64,000 nt of DNA. Source: Heptranchias perlo (lineage: Eukaryota). Numbering within the stretch: position 1 is the first letter of the stretch; each line of letters begins with the position of its first letter. Position numbers and translations under genes: made by a program. The notes beneath the pieces were generated by a model. It had not been told where the DNA came from. It saw only the letters and a list, made by a program, of their open reading frames with translations, and did no database searches. The stretch spans positions 310,001-374,000 of the forward strand of contig NW_027139247.1 in assembly GCF_035084215.1 (NCBI RefSeq). The letters are read 5' to 3'. Shown piece by piece: positions 1 to 14,145 of this stretch.

Positions 1-585
1 GGGGGATTCGGCGATGGTAATGCCGTTGAATGTCAAAGGGGAGGTGATTAGACTCACTCTTGTTGGAGATGGTCATTGCCTGGCATTTTTATGGCGCAAA
101 TGTTACTTGCCACTTATGAGCCCAAACCTGGATGTTGTCCAGATCCTGTTGCATGCGGGCTCGGACTACTTCATTATCTGAGGGGTTTCGAATGGAACTG
201 AACACTGTGCAATCATCAGCGAACATCCCCATTTCTGACCTTATGATGGAGGAAAGGTCATTGATGAAGCAGCTGAAGATGGTTGGGCCTAGGACACTGC
301 CTTGAGGAACTCCTGCAGCAATGTCCTGGGGCTGAGATGATTGGCCACCAACAACCACTACCACTTTCCTTTGTGCTCGGTATGACTCCAGCCACTGGAG
401 GGTTTTCCCCCTGTTTCCCATTGACTTCAATTTTACTCGGTCAAATGCTGCCTTGATGTCAAGGGCAGTCAGTGTCACCTCACCTCTGGAATTCAGCTCT
501 TTTGTCCATGTTTGGACCAAGGCTGTAATGAGGTCTGGAGCCGAATGGTCCTGGCGGAACCCAAACTGAGCATCGGTGAGCACGT
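1..585 (-). mobile_element. Non-LTR retrotransposon RT fragment, second LINE family ('family B', CR1/L2 superclade)
   Basis: ORF 89..625(-) has RT motifs [30 protein letters not shown]. The sequence is distinct from the main CR1 family. The first ~15 aa of that ORF come from the adjacent CR1. Confidence 0.85.
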
Positions 586-589
586 TCTC

Positions 590-1745
590 TACTTCTATAT
601 TCCATTCCTTTGGAATAAATGACAATATTCAATTGGCCTTTCTAATCACTTGCTGTACCTGCATCCGAACTTTTTGTGATCCATGTACTAGGACACCCAG
701 ATCCCTCTGCACCTCAGAGTTCTGCAATCTCGCTCCATTCAAATAATATACTGCTTTTCTATTCCTCCTGCCAAAGTGGTCAAGTTCACATTTTCCCACA
801 TTATACTCCATCTGCCAAATTTTTGCCTACACACTTAACCTATCTATAACCCTTTGCAGACTCCATCTATCCTCTTCACAACTTATTTTCCTTCCTACCT
901 TTGTGTCATCAGCAAATTTAGCAACCATACATTCGGTCCTTTCATCCAAGTCATTGATATAGATTGTAAATAGTTGAGGCCCCAGCATTGATCCCTGTGG
1001 CACTCCACTCATTATATCTTGACAACCTGAAAATGACCCATTTATTCCTACTCTCTGTTTCTTGTTAGCTAACCAATCCTTTATCCATGCTAATATGTTA
1101 CCCCCTATCTCATGAGCTCTTATTTTGTGTAGTAGCCTTTGATGTGGCACCTTATCAACTGCCTTCTAGAAATCCAAGTAGACTACATCCACAGGATCCC
1201 CTTTATCCATGTTGTTTGTTACTTCCTCAAAGAACTCGAATAAATTCGTCAAACATGATTTCCCTTGCATAAAGCCGTGTTGTCTCTGCCTGATAGCACT
1301 GAGATTTTCTAAGTGTCCTGCTATAACCTCCTTAATAATATATTCTAGCATTTTCCCTATGACAGATGTTAAGCTAACTGGCCTGTAGTTTCCTGCTTTC
1401 TGTCTCCTTCCTTTCTTGAATAGAGGAGTTGCATTCGCTACTTTCCAATCTGATGGGACCCTTCCAGAATCTAAGGTATTTTGTAAAATTAATACCAATG
1501 CATCTATTGTCTCTGCAGCCACTTCGTTTGGATGAAGTCATTCAGGGCCTGGGAACTTGTCAGCTTGTAGTTCTAATAAATGTTAAGAACCCTTTCCCCG
1601 GTGATTGTAAATGTTTTAAGCTCCTCTTTGGCTTTCACCTCTTGACTCACAATTATTTCTGGCATGTTATTTGTATCCTCCACAGTGAAGACAGACGCAA
1701 AATATCTGTTCAATTCATCTGCCATTACCTTGTTCTCCATTATTG
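590..1745 (-). mobile_element. CR1 LINE ORF2 fragment, decayed
   Basis: Broken ORFs 1166..1522, 827..1150 and 629..811 give NYRPVSLTS, QHGFMQGKSCLTNL, GVPQGSMLGP, KFADDTK and RDLGV, separated by stops and frameshifts. Confidence 0.92.
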
Positions 1746-2275
1746 ACTCCCAAAATGACCATCAACTCCAAACTGACCCACCAATCCTAAATTGACCACC
1801 ACCCTCAAATTGATCCAACACTCCCCAACTGAACATCATTATCAAACTGACCCATCACTCCCTAACTGGACACCATACCCAAACTGACCATCACCCTCAA
1901 ATTAACCCATCACTTCGAAACTGACCATCAACTCCAAACTGACACATCACTCCCAAATTGACTGTCACCCCAAACTGACCATCACCTTCGAACTGACCCA
2001 TCATTCACGAACTGACCATTTCTCCCATAATGACCATCATCCAAAAACTGACCCATCACCCCACTAACTTAACAATTACTATTAATGCCAAACTGAACCA
2101 ACACCCCAACCTGACCATCACCTTCAAACTGACCCAACACTCCCCAAATTACCATTATCCCCAAATTGACTCACCACACCCAAACTAACCATCATCCCCA
2201 AACAGATCATCTCCCTCAAAGTGACCCAAAATTCCAAAATTAATTATCACTCCTAAAATTAACATTATCCGCACA

Positions 2276-2555
2276 CTAGAAGGAAAAGGGCCGCAGGCAC
2301 ATGGGAACACCACGGCCTGCACGTTCCCCTCCAAGTCACAAACTATACTAACTTGGAAATATATCGCCGTTCCTTCATCATCGCTGGGTCAAAGTTCTGG
2401 AACTCCCTACCTAACGGCACTATGGAAGTACCTTCACCACATCGGTTCAAGAAGGCGACTCACCAACACCTTCTCAAGGGCAATAAGGGATGGGCAATAA
2501 ATGCTGGCTTTGCCAGCGACGCCCACATCCGATGAACGAATAAATAGAAAAAAAA
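2276..2555 (+). mobile_element. 3' end of family-B LINE inserted in the satellite
   Basis: Ends ...aagaaggcgactcaccaacaccttctcaagggcaataagggatgggcaataaatgctggctttgccagcgacgcccacatccgatgaacgaat + A-run. The same tail occurs at 40853, 41724, 42755 and 51235. Confidence 0.88.
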
Positions 2556-5500
2556 CTCTCAATCTGTCCTATTAACGCCAAACTGACCATCAATCCCAAA
2601 TTGACCATCAATCCCAAACTAGTCATCAATCCCAAACTGACCATCAATCCCAAACTGACCGATCACTGCTAACTCACTATCACTCCCGAACTGACCCATC
2701 ACTCTCAAACTGACCCATCACCTTAAAATTAATATTAAACTCTCAAACTGACCATCATCCCCAAACTGTCCAAACATCCCCAAACTGATTAAAATCCCCA
2801 ACAGACCCATCGCCCCTAAACTGATCATTACTGCCAAATTTAACAACATCACCAGACTGAACCATCAATCTCAAACTGACCATTACCCTCAAACTGCACC
2901 ATAATCCCAAAACTGACTGATCATGCCCAAACTAACCATCAATCCCAAACTGACCATCATCCTCATTTGACCCATCACTCCAAAAACTGACCCATCACTC
3001 CCAAACTGGCCATCAACCTCAAAATGACCCATCATTCCCATACTGACCATCACTCCCAAACTGACCATCACACTGAAAGTGACACATGACTCCCAACCTG
3101 ATCATCATCCGGTGATTGATGCACCACTGTAAACTGACTCATTACTTCCCAAACTGACCATTACCCCAAACTGACCATCACCGTCAAACTAATCCAGAGC
3201 ACGTAAACTGACCATTTCCCCTAAAATGTCCATCACCAAAAACTGACCCATCACCCGAAACTGACCATCTCTCCATCTGACCCATCACTCCCAAAGTGAC
3301 CATCACTTCCAAACTGACCATCAGACCTAAAATGTCCCAACATCCCCAAACTTTTCTATCACCCTGAAACTGACCATCAACCCCAACTATTCCACCACAC
3401 CAAAACTGACCATCATCTCCAAACTGACCATCAACCCGAAACTGAACATCATCCCCTAACTGACCCATCATTCACTAATTGACCATATCTCCCAAAATGA
3501 CCATCATCCTAAAACTGCACGATCTCCCACAAACTGACCCATCATTCCCAACCTGACCATCATTCCCAAACTGACCATCACCCTCAAATTAACCCATCAC
3601 CCTGAAATGGACCATCGCCCCATACTGACCATCACCTTCAAACTGACCCATCATTCCTAAACTGACCATTTCTCCCATAATGACCATCATCCAAAAACTG
3701 ACCCACACCCTCAAACTGACCAATCACTTCCAAACTAACCGTAACTCCCAAACTGACCATCATCCCCAAACTGACCTATTACTGCCAAACTGACCCATCA
3801 CCCCAAACTTGCCATCAACTTCAAACTGACCCAACTGACCATTATCCACAAACTGACTCATCACTCCCAAATGACCATCAGCAACAAATTGACCATCATG
3901 CTCAAAAAGACCCATCGTTCCAAAACTGACCATCACACCCAAACTGACCATCATCCCACACTGACCTAACACACCTAAACTGATCCATCCCTCCGAAACT
4001 AGCCAGCAATCCCAAACTGACTATCATCCCTATTTGACCCATCACTCCAGAAACTGACTCATCACTCCCACACTGGGCATCACAATCATTCCCACACTGA
4101 CCATCACTCCCAAACTGACTACCAACCCGAAACTGACACATGACTCCCAACCTGACTGTCATCCCCAAACTGATGCATCACCACAAACTGACACATTACT
4201 CCCAAACTGACCATCACCCCAAATTGACCATCACTGTCAAACTAACCAATCACACACAAACTGACCATTTCTCCCAAAATCCCCATTACCAAAAACTGAC
4301 CCATTACCCAAAACTGGCCATCAACCTCAAACTGACACATTACTCCCAAACTGACCACCATTCCCAAACTGACACGTCACTCCCAAACTGGCCATTATTC
4401 CAAAAGTGACCGATTACTAACAAACTGATCATCACTCTCACATTGACCCATCACTCCCATAGCGGCCATCACTCCCAGAAAAGCCATCACCTCCACATTG
4501 ACCCATCACATCCAAACTGACCATCATCCCCAAATGGACCAATCATCTTCAAACTGACCCATCATTCCCAAACTGACCCATCACTGCCAAACTGAACCAT
4601 TACTCCCGATTTGACCATCTTACCCAAACTGACCTTCATCCGGAAACTGACCAACACCCTGAAGCTGACCCATCACTTTCAAACTAACCCATCATTAACA
4701 AACCTATAAATACAGCCAACGTGGCCAAAATTCCCAAAATGACCCATAACTTCTAAAACAGACCATCACTCCCAAATTGACCATCATCCACAAACTGCAT
4801 GACCAATCCCAAAGCTACCATCACTCCCAATCTGACCCATCACCCTCAAACTTACCATAACTCCTAAAGTGACCCTCATCCCCGAACTGATCATTTCTCC
4901 CAAAATTAGCATCATCCAAAAACTGATCCATCACCCCCAAACTAACCATCACTCCCAAACTAACCATTATACCAAACTGACCCATCACTCCCAAACTGAC
5001 CCATCACTCCCAAACAGACCATCACTCCCAAACTGACCACACATCCCCAAACTGAATCAAATTGACCATCATCACCATCCCCAAACTGACCCATCGCTCC
5101 CAAACTGACCCATCACCCCAAAGTGGAAATAAATCTCAAACTGCCACATTACTCCCAAATTGACTTTCACTCCCAAACTGACCATCACTCTGAAACTGAC
5201 ACATACATTCCCCAACTGACCATCACCCCGCCAACTGAGCCATCACTCCAAACTGGCCATCACCTGCAAATTGACCATCATGTTCAAAGTGAACAACACT
5301 CTTAAACTGAACTAAACTCCCAAAATGACTATCTTCCTCAAACTGACAATTATCCTCAAACTGACCCATCTCTCCCAAACTGACCATCACTCCAAAACTG
5401 ACAATCAACCCCAAAATGACCCATCACTCTGAAACTGACCCATTACCCCCAAAGTGACCATTGCTGCCAAACTGCCTAACACCCCCAAACTGACCCATCA

Positions 5501-6223
5501 CTCCCAAACTGACCACCACCCCCAAAATGATCATCACCCCCAAACTGACCGATCATTCCCAAACACACCATCAATCCCAAATTGACCCATCACCCTCAAA
5601 TGGACCCATCACCCTCAAACTGACCACAACACCCAAATTGGTCATTATCCGAAAACTAACCCATCACGCCCAATCTGACCATCACCTCCAAACTGACCAA
5701 TCACTCCCATACTGACCATTACTCTCAACCTGACCAATCACCCCTAAACTGACCATCACTCCCAAAATAACCATCGACCCCACAATGACCCTTCATCCCC
5801 AAACTGATCCATCACTCCCAAACTGACGAACTCACTAAAACTGACCCATCACTCCCAAACTGACAATCACTTGCAAACTGACCATCATCTCCAAAACTAA
5901 CCATCACCCTCAAACTGACTGATCATCCCCAAACTGACCTATCACTCCCAAACTTACCCATCACTTCCGAACTGAACATCATCCCCAAACTGAACTACAG
6001 CCAGAAACTGAACACCACCCTAAAAATGATGGATCACTCCAAAACGGGCCACTATTCCCAAAATGACCCATCACCCCAAACTGGCTATTACTGCCAAAGT
6101 GACAAAAATCCTCAAACTAACCCATTACTCGCAAACTGACCATCACTCCCAAACTGAAAATCGTCCCATCCTGCATGCTCAATCCCAAACATACCATCTC
6201 TCGCAAATTGACCCATCACCCTC

Positions 6224-7054
6224 AAATGTGAGGCTATGCACTTTGGCATGAAAAATCAGAGAGCAAGTTATTATCTTAATGGCAAGAAACTGGAAAGTAC
6301 TGCAGTACAAAGGCATCTGGGGGTCCCAGTGCAAGAAAATCAAAAAGTTAGTATGCAGGTGCAACAGGTGATCAAGAAGGCCAATGGAATGTTGGCTTTT
6401 ATTGCTAGGGGGATAGAATATAAAAACAGGGAGGTATTGCTGCAGTTATACAAGGTATAGGTGAGACCGCACCTGGAATACTGCATACAGTTTTGGTCTC
6501 CATACTTAAGAAAAGACATACTTGCTCTCGAGGCAGTACAAAGAAGGTTCACTCGGTTAATCCCGGGGATGAGGGGGCGGACATATGAGGAGAGGTTTAG
6601 TAGATTGGGACTCTACTCATTGGAGTTCAGAAGAATGAGAGGCGATCTTATTGAAACATATAAGATTTTGAAGGGGCTTGATTGGGTGGATGCGGTAAGG
6701 ATGTTCCCAAGGATGGGTGAAACTAGAACTAGGGGGCATAATCTTAGAATAAGGGGCGGCTCTTTCAAAACTGATATGAGGAGAAACTTCTTCACTCAGA
6801 GGGTAGTAGGTCTGTGGAATTTGCTGCCCCAGGAAGCTGTGGAAGCTACATCATTAAATAAATTTAAAACAGAAATAGACAGTTTCCTAGAAGTAAAGGG
6901 GATTAGGGGTTATGGGGAGCGGGCAGGAAATTGGACATGAGTTTAGATTTGAGGTTGGGATCAGATCAGTCATGATCTTATTGAATGGCGGAGCAGGCTC
7001 GAAGGGCCGATTGGCCTACTCCTGCTCCTATTTCTTATGTTCTTATGTTCTTAT
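6224..7054 (+). mobile_element. Young 5'-truncated CR1 LINE inserted in the satellite
   Basis: ORFs 6236..6460 and 6461..6940 are separated by one TAG and are nearly identical to the C-terminus of the 36134..38968 ORF. Ends in a (TTCTTATG)n tail. Confidence 0.95.
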
Positions 7055-10000
7055 AAACTGACCCATCACATTCAAACTGACCGATCCCTCCCAATCTGAC
7101 CATCATTCCCAAACTGACCATCAATTCCAAACTGACTCAACACTCCCAAAGTGACCATCACCTTCAAACTGACCCAACACTACCCAACTGGCCATCACCC
7201 CAAACTGACCGATCAATCCCAAACTGACCATTACTCTCAACCTGAACAATCACTTGCAAGCTGACCATCACTCCCAATATAACCATCAACCCCACACTGA
7301 AACATCACCGCCAAACTGACACATCACTCCCAAACTGACGAACTCACTAAAACTGACCATCATCCACAAACTGCATGATCAATCCCAAACTCATTATCTC
7401 TCCTGAACAGACATATCAGAATAAAACTGGTCATTGCTTCCAAACTGACCAATCACCCTCAAACTTTACCAACATCCACAAACTCTACCATCACTACCCA
7501 GCTGACCATCAAACCCAAACTAACCATCATTACCAAACTGAACATCATTACCAAACTAACTCATCACTTCCAAAACGACCATCACTCCCAACTTGACCAC
7601 CATACACAGACTGACTCATCACTCCAAGATTAACCATTATCCCCAAACTGACCATTTCTCACAAAATGACCATCACTGTCAAACTAACGCATCACTCCCA
7701 AACTGATCATCACCCCAAATTGACACATCTCTCCCAAACTAGCCATCATCCCCAACTGACCCATCACTCCTATCATGACCATCATCCCAAATTGACCATC
7801 ATCCCCAAACTGACCCATCACCCCGAACTAACCCATCACTATAAACTTTCCCAACATCCAAAAAGAGTCCCATCATGCTCAATTGACCATCTTCACCAAA
7901 CTGGCCATCATCTCCAAACTGACCCACCACTCCCAAACTGATCATCACTCCTAAACTGATCATCATCTCCAAATTGACTCATCAGTCCCAAACTGCCCAT
8001 CACCCGCAAACTGACCATCACCCCAAAACTGCCCTTCATCCCCAAACTGACCCATCACTCCAACTAACCCATCACTCCCAAACTGACCCATCACACGCAA
8101 ACCGAACCATCATCCAGAAACGGACCTATCAGTCACAAACTGAGTCATCTCTCCCAAACTGACCATCATCCCCAAACTGACCATCACCCTCAAACTGAAC
8201 CATCAATCCCAAACTGACCCATTATCATCAAATTATCCATCATTCCCAAACTGACCATGATCCACTAACCGACAAAATCCCCTAAAATCACCAATCGCTC
8301 CCAAACTGATCACTACTTCTAAACTGACCAACATCCGCAAACTGATCCATTTCATCAATCTGACCCATCACACCCAAGCTTACCATCACACCCAAAATGA
8401 TCGATCAGCCTCAAACTGACTAACATTCTAAAACTGACCCATCACTCCCAAACTGACCATCTCACGCCAACTGACCCATCAACTCCAAACGGATCCATCA
8501 CTAGCCAACTGAACATCATCCCCAAACGGACCAGCAACCCCAACAGACACATCACTCCCAAACTGACCATGACTGCCAAACTGACCATCATCCCCAAACT
8601 AACCCGTCATGCCCAAATTTACCATCATGCCCAAACTGACCATCATCTCCAAACAGACCGAACACTTCCAAACTGACAATCACTGCCAAACTGACCAAAA
8701 TCGTCAAACTGATCCATCACCACAAATTGGCCATCATCCTCAAACTAACCAATCACCCTCAAACTGACCATTATCTCCAAACTGACCAATCTCTCCCAAA
8801 CTGACTATCACTCCAAAACTGATCATCATCTATAAAATGATCCACCACTCTCAAACTGACCCATCACCCCCAAAACTGAGTTTTATTGCCAAACTGACCA
8901 ACATCCTCAAACTGATCCATTACCTGCAAACAGGTCATCATCTGTAAATTGACCCATCACTCTTAAATGGACCATTACCCCAAACTGACCATTATTTCCA
9001 AACTGACCATCATCTCCAAATTAATCCATTATTCACAAACTGAACAGTATCCTCAAACTGACCTATCACCCCAAACTGACCCATCACCCTCAAACTGACG
9101 AATCAACCTAAAACAGACCCATCACCCCCAAAGTGGCCATCACTCCAAATCAGACCATCAATCCCAAACTGACCATCATCCCCAAAATGACCCATCACTC
9201 CCAAATTGACCCATCACTTACACATTCACCATTACCCTCAAACTGATCATCATCCCAATCTGGCCATCATCCTCAAAAAGTCCATGAGCCTCAAACTGAA
9301 CCATCACTCCAAAACTGGCCATCTGACTCCTACTGACCCATCACTCTCAAACTGACCATCACCCACAAACTGACCCATCACTCCGAAACTGATCGTCATC
9401 CCCAAACTGACCCATCACGAGGAAACTAACCCATCACTCCCAAACCCATCACCCCCAAACTGACTATTACTGCCAAACTGATCATCATACCCAAACTGAC
9501 CCATCACTCTGTAACTGACCCATCACTCTGTAACTGACCACCATCCTCAAACAGACCATCAGTTCCAAACTGATCAATTGATAACTGAACGATCACCCCA
9601 AATTGACCATTATTGCCAAACTGACCATCATCCCTAAACTGACCATCACTAGGAGACTGACACATCACTCCCTAATTGGCAATCAACCTTAAACTGACCA
9701 CCATCTTCAAAATGACCAATCACTTCCAAACTGTCCATCATACCCAAACTGACCCATCACTCTCAAACTGACCATCATCCCGAAAGTGACCATCACCCTC
9801 AAACTGACCACTCACTCCAAAACTGACTCATCACCTTCAAACAGTCCCAACATCCCCAAACTGTCCGCTTACTCCCCAAACGATTATCATCACCAAACTG
9901 AACCTCATCCACAAACAGAGCAATCACCCTCAAACGATACATTATCTTCAAACGGACCCCTCACTCCCAAACCGAGCATCACCCCTGAAACTTACTATCA

Positions 10001-12196
10001 CCACATAACTGAACATTAGGACAAAACTGACCAACAACCCCAAGCTAAATATCAGCCCCAAACTGACCCATCACTCGGAAACTGATCCACCAATCCCTGA
10101 TCATCATCCTCAACTGAGCATCATCCACAAACTGACCCATCACTCCTAAATTGGCCATCAGCCTCGAAATGACCATCACACTCAAACTGACCTATCACTC
10201 CCAAATTGAACCATCACTCCCAAACTGAACATCATCCCCAAACTGACCAATCACCTCTAGACTGACCCAACACCCCAAACTGGCCATTAACGTCAACATG
10301 ACCATCACCATAAAACTGACCCATCGGTCTAAAACTGACCATCATCCCCAAACTGACCATTTCCCTCAAACTGACCCATCATTCACAAATTGACAAATAA
10401 TCCCCAGACTGACAATCATCCCCAAACTGACCTTTCACCCTAAAAATGACCATCTCACTCCAACTGAGAAATCACTCCCAAATCGCCATCCTTTCCAACT
10501 GACCATCTCACTCCAACTGACCCATCACAACCAAATTGTTCATCACTTCCAAAATGACGGTCATCCCTAAACAGACAGACCACCCACAAACTGACGCATC
10601 GCCTTCAAACTGTCCCATCATCCACAAACAGACCCTTCACTTCCCAACTGACTATTATCCTCAAACTGACCAAAATCCCCAAACTGACCCATCTGTCCCA
10701 AACTGAACAATCACTCCCAAACTGACCGTCATTCTAAAACTGACCATCATCTCCAAACAGACTCATCACTCCAAAAATGGCCATAACCCACAAGCTGACC
10801 CATCATTCCCAGTCTGACCAACATCCCCAAAGTGCCCATCATCCCCAAACTGACCCATCACTCCCAAACTGGCCATCACCCTCAAACTGACCCATCACCC
10901 TAAAACTGATTATCATCCCCAAACTAACCCATCACTGGGAAGCTAACCCATCACTCCCTAACTGACCATCATTCCCAAATTTACCATCAATCACAAATAA
11001 CTCATCACTCTAAAACTAGCCGTCAAGCTCAAACTGACCATTACCCTAAAAATGACCCATCACTCCCGTACTGACTATCATCCCCAAAATGACCCATCAC
11101 TCCCAAATTGACCCATCACTTACACATTCACCATTACCCTCAAACTGACCATCATCCCAATCTGGCCATCATCCTCAAAATGTCCATGAGCCTCAAACTG
11201 AACCATCACTCCCAAACTGGCCATCTGATTCCTACTGACCCATCACTCTCAAACTGACCATCACCCACAAACTGACCCATCACTCCGAAACTGATCGTTA
11301 TCCCCAAACTGACCCATCACGAGGAAACTAACCCATCACTCCCAAACGAGCCACCAACCTGAAACCGACCATCACCCTCAAAATGACCCACCACTCTCAA
11401 ACAGACCCATCACTCCCAAACTGACCACCATCCCCAAACTGAGCCATCACTAGAAAACTGACTCATCACCCCAAACTGACCTATCATTACCAAATTGACC
11501 ATCATCCCCCCACTTACCCATATCTCAGATGCTAACCGTCATCCCCAATCACACCATCTCTCTCAAACTGACCATCATCCCGAAAATAACCATCACCTTC
11601 AAAATGACTAATCACTTCCAAACTGACACACACCCACAAACTGATTTATCACCTCCAAACTGACCACTACTGCAAAACTGACCGTCATAATCAAACTGAC
11701 CCATCACTATTAAACTGACCCACCACTACTTAACTGACATTCATCCCCAAACTGACCCATCACTCCCAAACAGACCGATCACTCCAAACTGACTATTACA
11801 ATGAAACTGACCATCATCCCTAAACTGACCCATCTCTAGGAAAGTTACCCATCAAACCCTAACTGATCATCATCTCCAAACTGACCATCATCCCGAGCCA
11901 GCCCATCATCCCGAAACCGACCCATCACTCCCAAATTGACCATCATCCTCAAAATGGTCATCGCCCTCAAACTGACCAATCACACTCAACTTGACCCATC
12001 ACTCCCAAACTGACCATCACTCCCAGTCTGGCACTGATCCCCAAACTAACTCTTCACCCGCAAACTGACCCATCACTCCCAAACTAACAATCTCACTCTA
12101 AATGAACCATTATTCCCAAACTGACCATCCTTTCCAAATTTACCATCACCCACAAACTGACCAATCACTCCCAAACTGACCATTATCCCCAAACTG

Positions 12197-12370
12197 ATGG
12201 AAGGTGTTGTCGACAGTGCTATCAAGTGGCACTTACTCACCAAAAACCTACTCACTGATGCTTAGTTTGGGTTCAGCCAGAACCACTGGGCTCCAAACTC
12301 ATTACACCATTCGTCCAAACATGGACAAACGAGCTGAATTCCAAAGGTGAGGTGAGAGTGACTGCCCTTG
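12197..12370 (+). mobile_element. Family-B LINE internal RT fragment
   Basis: ctcactgatgcttagtttgggttcagccag...tggacaaacgagctgaattccaaaggtgaggtgagagtgactgcccttg matches the LTDAQFGFRQ...WTKELNSRGEV region of 1-585. Confidence 0.8.
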
Positions 12371-12539
12371 TGTGTGTCCAGGATTTCAGATCTCCCGTCA
12401 GAACTGAAGACATGAAAAACCTGAGAGGTGATGTGTGCAGAGGAAAATCATCAAGAAACAGTCATTGCCTTGAATTCAACAAGTTATTCAAAAAGTTCAT
12501 TTAGTTGTGTTATTCTTATAGAGAACCCAGGTTAGATGA

Positions 12540-13098
12540 GATTTAGAATACTGTGCAGAGTTCTGGTCTCCATATTACAAAAATAATGTCGAAGGACTGG
12601 AGAATGTGCAAGTAAGATTTACAAGAATGGTCCCAGAACTGAGAGGGTATAACTATCAGGAAAGACTGAACAGGCTGGGGTTCCTTCCTCTAGAAAAGAG
12701 AAGGCTGAGGGGTGACCTGATAGAGGTCTTTAAAATTATGAAGAGGCTCGATAGGGTAGACGTAGAGAAGATGTTCCCAAATGTGGGGAGTCCAAAACTA
12801 GGGGCCATATATATAAATAGTCACTAATAAATCCAATACGGAATTCAGGAGAAACTTCTTTACTCAGAGTTTGCTGACAATGTGGAACTGGCTACCACAG
12901 GGAGTTGTTGAGGCGAATAGCATAGATGAAATTAAGGGGAAGCTAGATAAGTATATGAGGGAGAAAGGAATAGAAGGATACGTTGATAGGGTGAGATGAA
13001 GTAAGGTGGGAGGTGGCTCATGTGGAGCATAAACACGGGCATAGACCCGTTGGGCCGAATGGCCTGTTTCTGTGCTGTAAATTCTACGTAATTCTATG
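12540..13098 (+). mobile_element. CR1 LINE 3' fragment
   Basis: ORF 12606..12827 (LEKRRLRGDLIEVFKIM), followed by the CR1 3' UTR gggccgaatggcctgtttctgtgctgtaaattctacgtaattctatg. Confidence 0.88.
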
Positions 13099-13997
13099 AA
13101 ATAAAGTGGGAGGTCGACAAATTTCAAAGCTTGTGAGGCAATCTTTAAATGTACTGACTCTTTCCACTAAAAGATCCTTTAATTGTCCCCCTATTAGAGA
13201 GATTAAATCCACCGACTCTCAATCCAAATGCATTAACTGTCCAATCAGACTGTCCTCTCCAATACATTACTAGATTTTTTCACTGCTTAATTAATTTCCA
13301 AACAACGGCACGGACAAAGACAAAGAAACAGCTTTCAGATTAGATGTTTATTTTTACACAGACTGACAGGTCTGCACAGTTCAGGTCATCACTGCCATGG
13401 GAACAATGGAATTTTTGTAATTAAATGTCATTATCACATATTACTAAGCATTTGAGAGATTTTCGCCCATCTAACTGTTATCCCCCTCTCACCTCCGCGC
13501 AAGTTCTGTTAATACCTCCAGAAATCCAACATTTCTACATATCTGTGGGGCTGTTCAGCTGTACAAAACTGACTAGATTACTTTCTGTGTGTAAAAGCGC
13601 GTGTTCTTCGATCTAACGTGCACCACGGACCCTCCTTATGTCGATATTATGTACAGCACTAATTAAAAAGATAGAAAAAATGTAACTCAGAGCTAGATTA
13701 AGCTAATCTATCACAAACATGCGATTTTGTTTTAGCAAATGCCTTGCATGAACCTATAAGTGGAAATCCTCATTTATCCATTACTGTAGGAGTGGAGATG
13801 TCGAAATGTTTTTTGAACCTATGATGGAAATACTATTCTAGACTCCTTACTCTTTCAACAGGCAATAACACTGCAAAATGTCCTCATCCCGAGCCATTAG
13901 GAGTCAAAGCAGCTCGGCTCAACATGTTTGTTGAATTGACTGTAACTAATGTCAATCATTGTGCAATGCTCGTGTGTCACTTGAGGTTTCTCTTAGG

Positions 13998-14004
13998 TAT
14001 AAAT
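13998..14004 (+). promoter_or_regulatory. Candidate TATA box of the GPR139-like gene
   Basis: TATAAAT lies about 75 bp upstream of the ATG at 14076, in unique sequence. Confidence 0.45.
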
Positions 14005-14075
14005 GAGGCCTTATTTTGAAAACAGAAGATCTGTGTACCCATAACACTAAGAGACAACGCCGCTTCTCTCCGAAA

Positions 14076-14145
14076 ATGGGACTGCCGGTAATCATACAGA
14101 TAGAAAACATATACTACCCTATTCTTGCAATTATTGGTGTTCCTG
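14076..14145 (+). CDS. GPR139-like GPCR coding exon 1 (N-terminus and first part of TM1)
   Basis: aaaATGGga start; encodes MGLPVIIQIENIYYPILAIIGVP + G; donor G|GTAAGC at 14146. Confidence 0.88.

Larger units (their letters stand above)
1745..12197. repeat. ~10.4-kb degenerate satellite, ~19-20-bp unit AAACTGACC(C)ATCAYYCCC, interrupted by LINE insertions
   Basis: Continuous recurrence of aaactgacc(c)atca followed by a C-run. The + strand is very G-poor. Roughly 450-500 units by length. Confidence 0.96.

Noticed and set aside
2889-10019. Many His/Thr/Pro-rich (+) and GDDGQF/GVMVSL-like (-) ORFs
   Set aside because: Translations of the satellite; the 19/20-bp units shift frame constantly.
1745-12197. 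CRISPR-like or telomeric array
   Set aside because: No unique spacers, no cas genes, eukaryotic context, and the unit is not TTAGGG.
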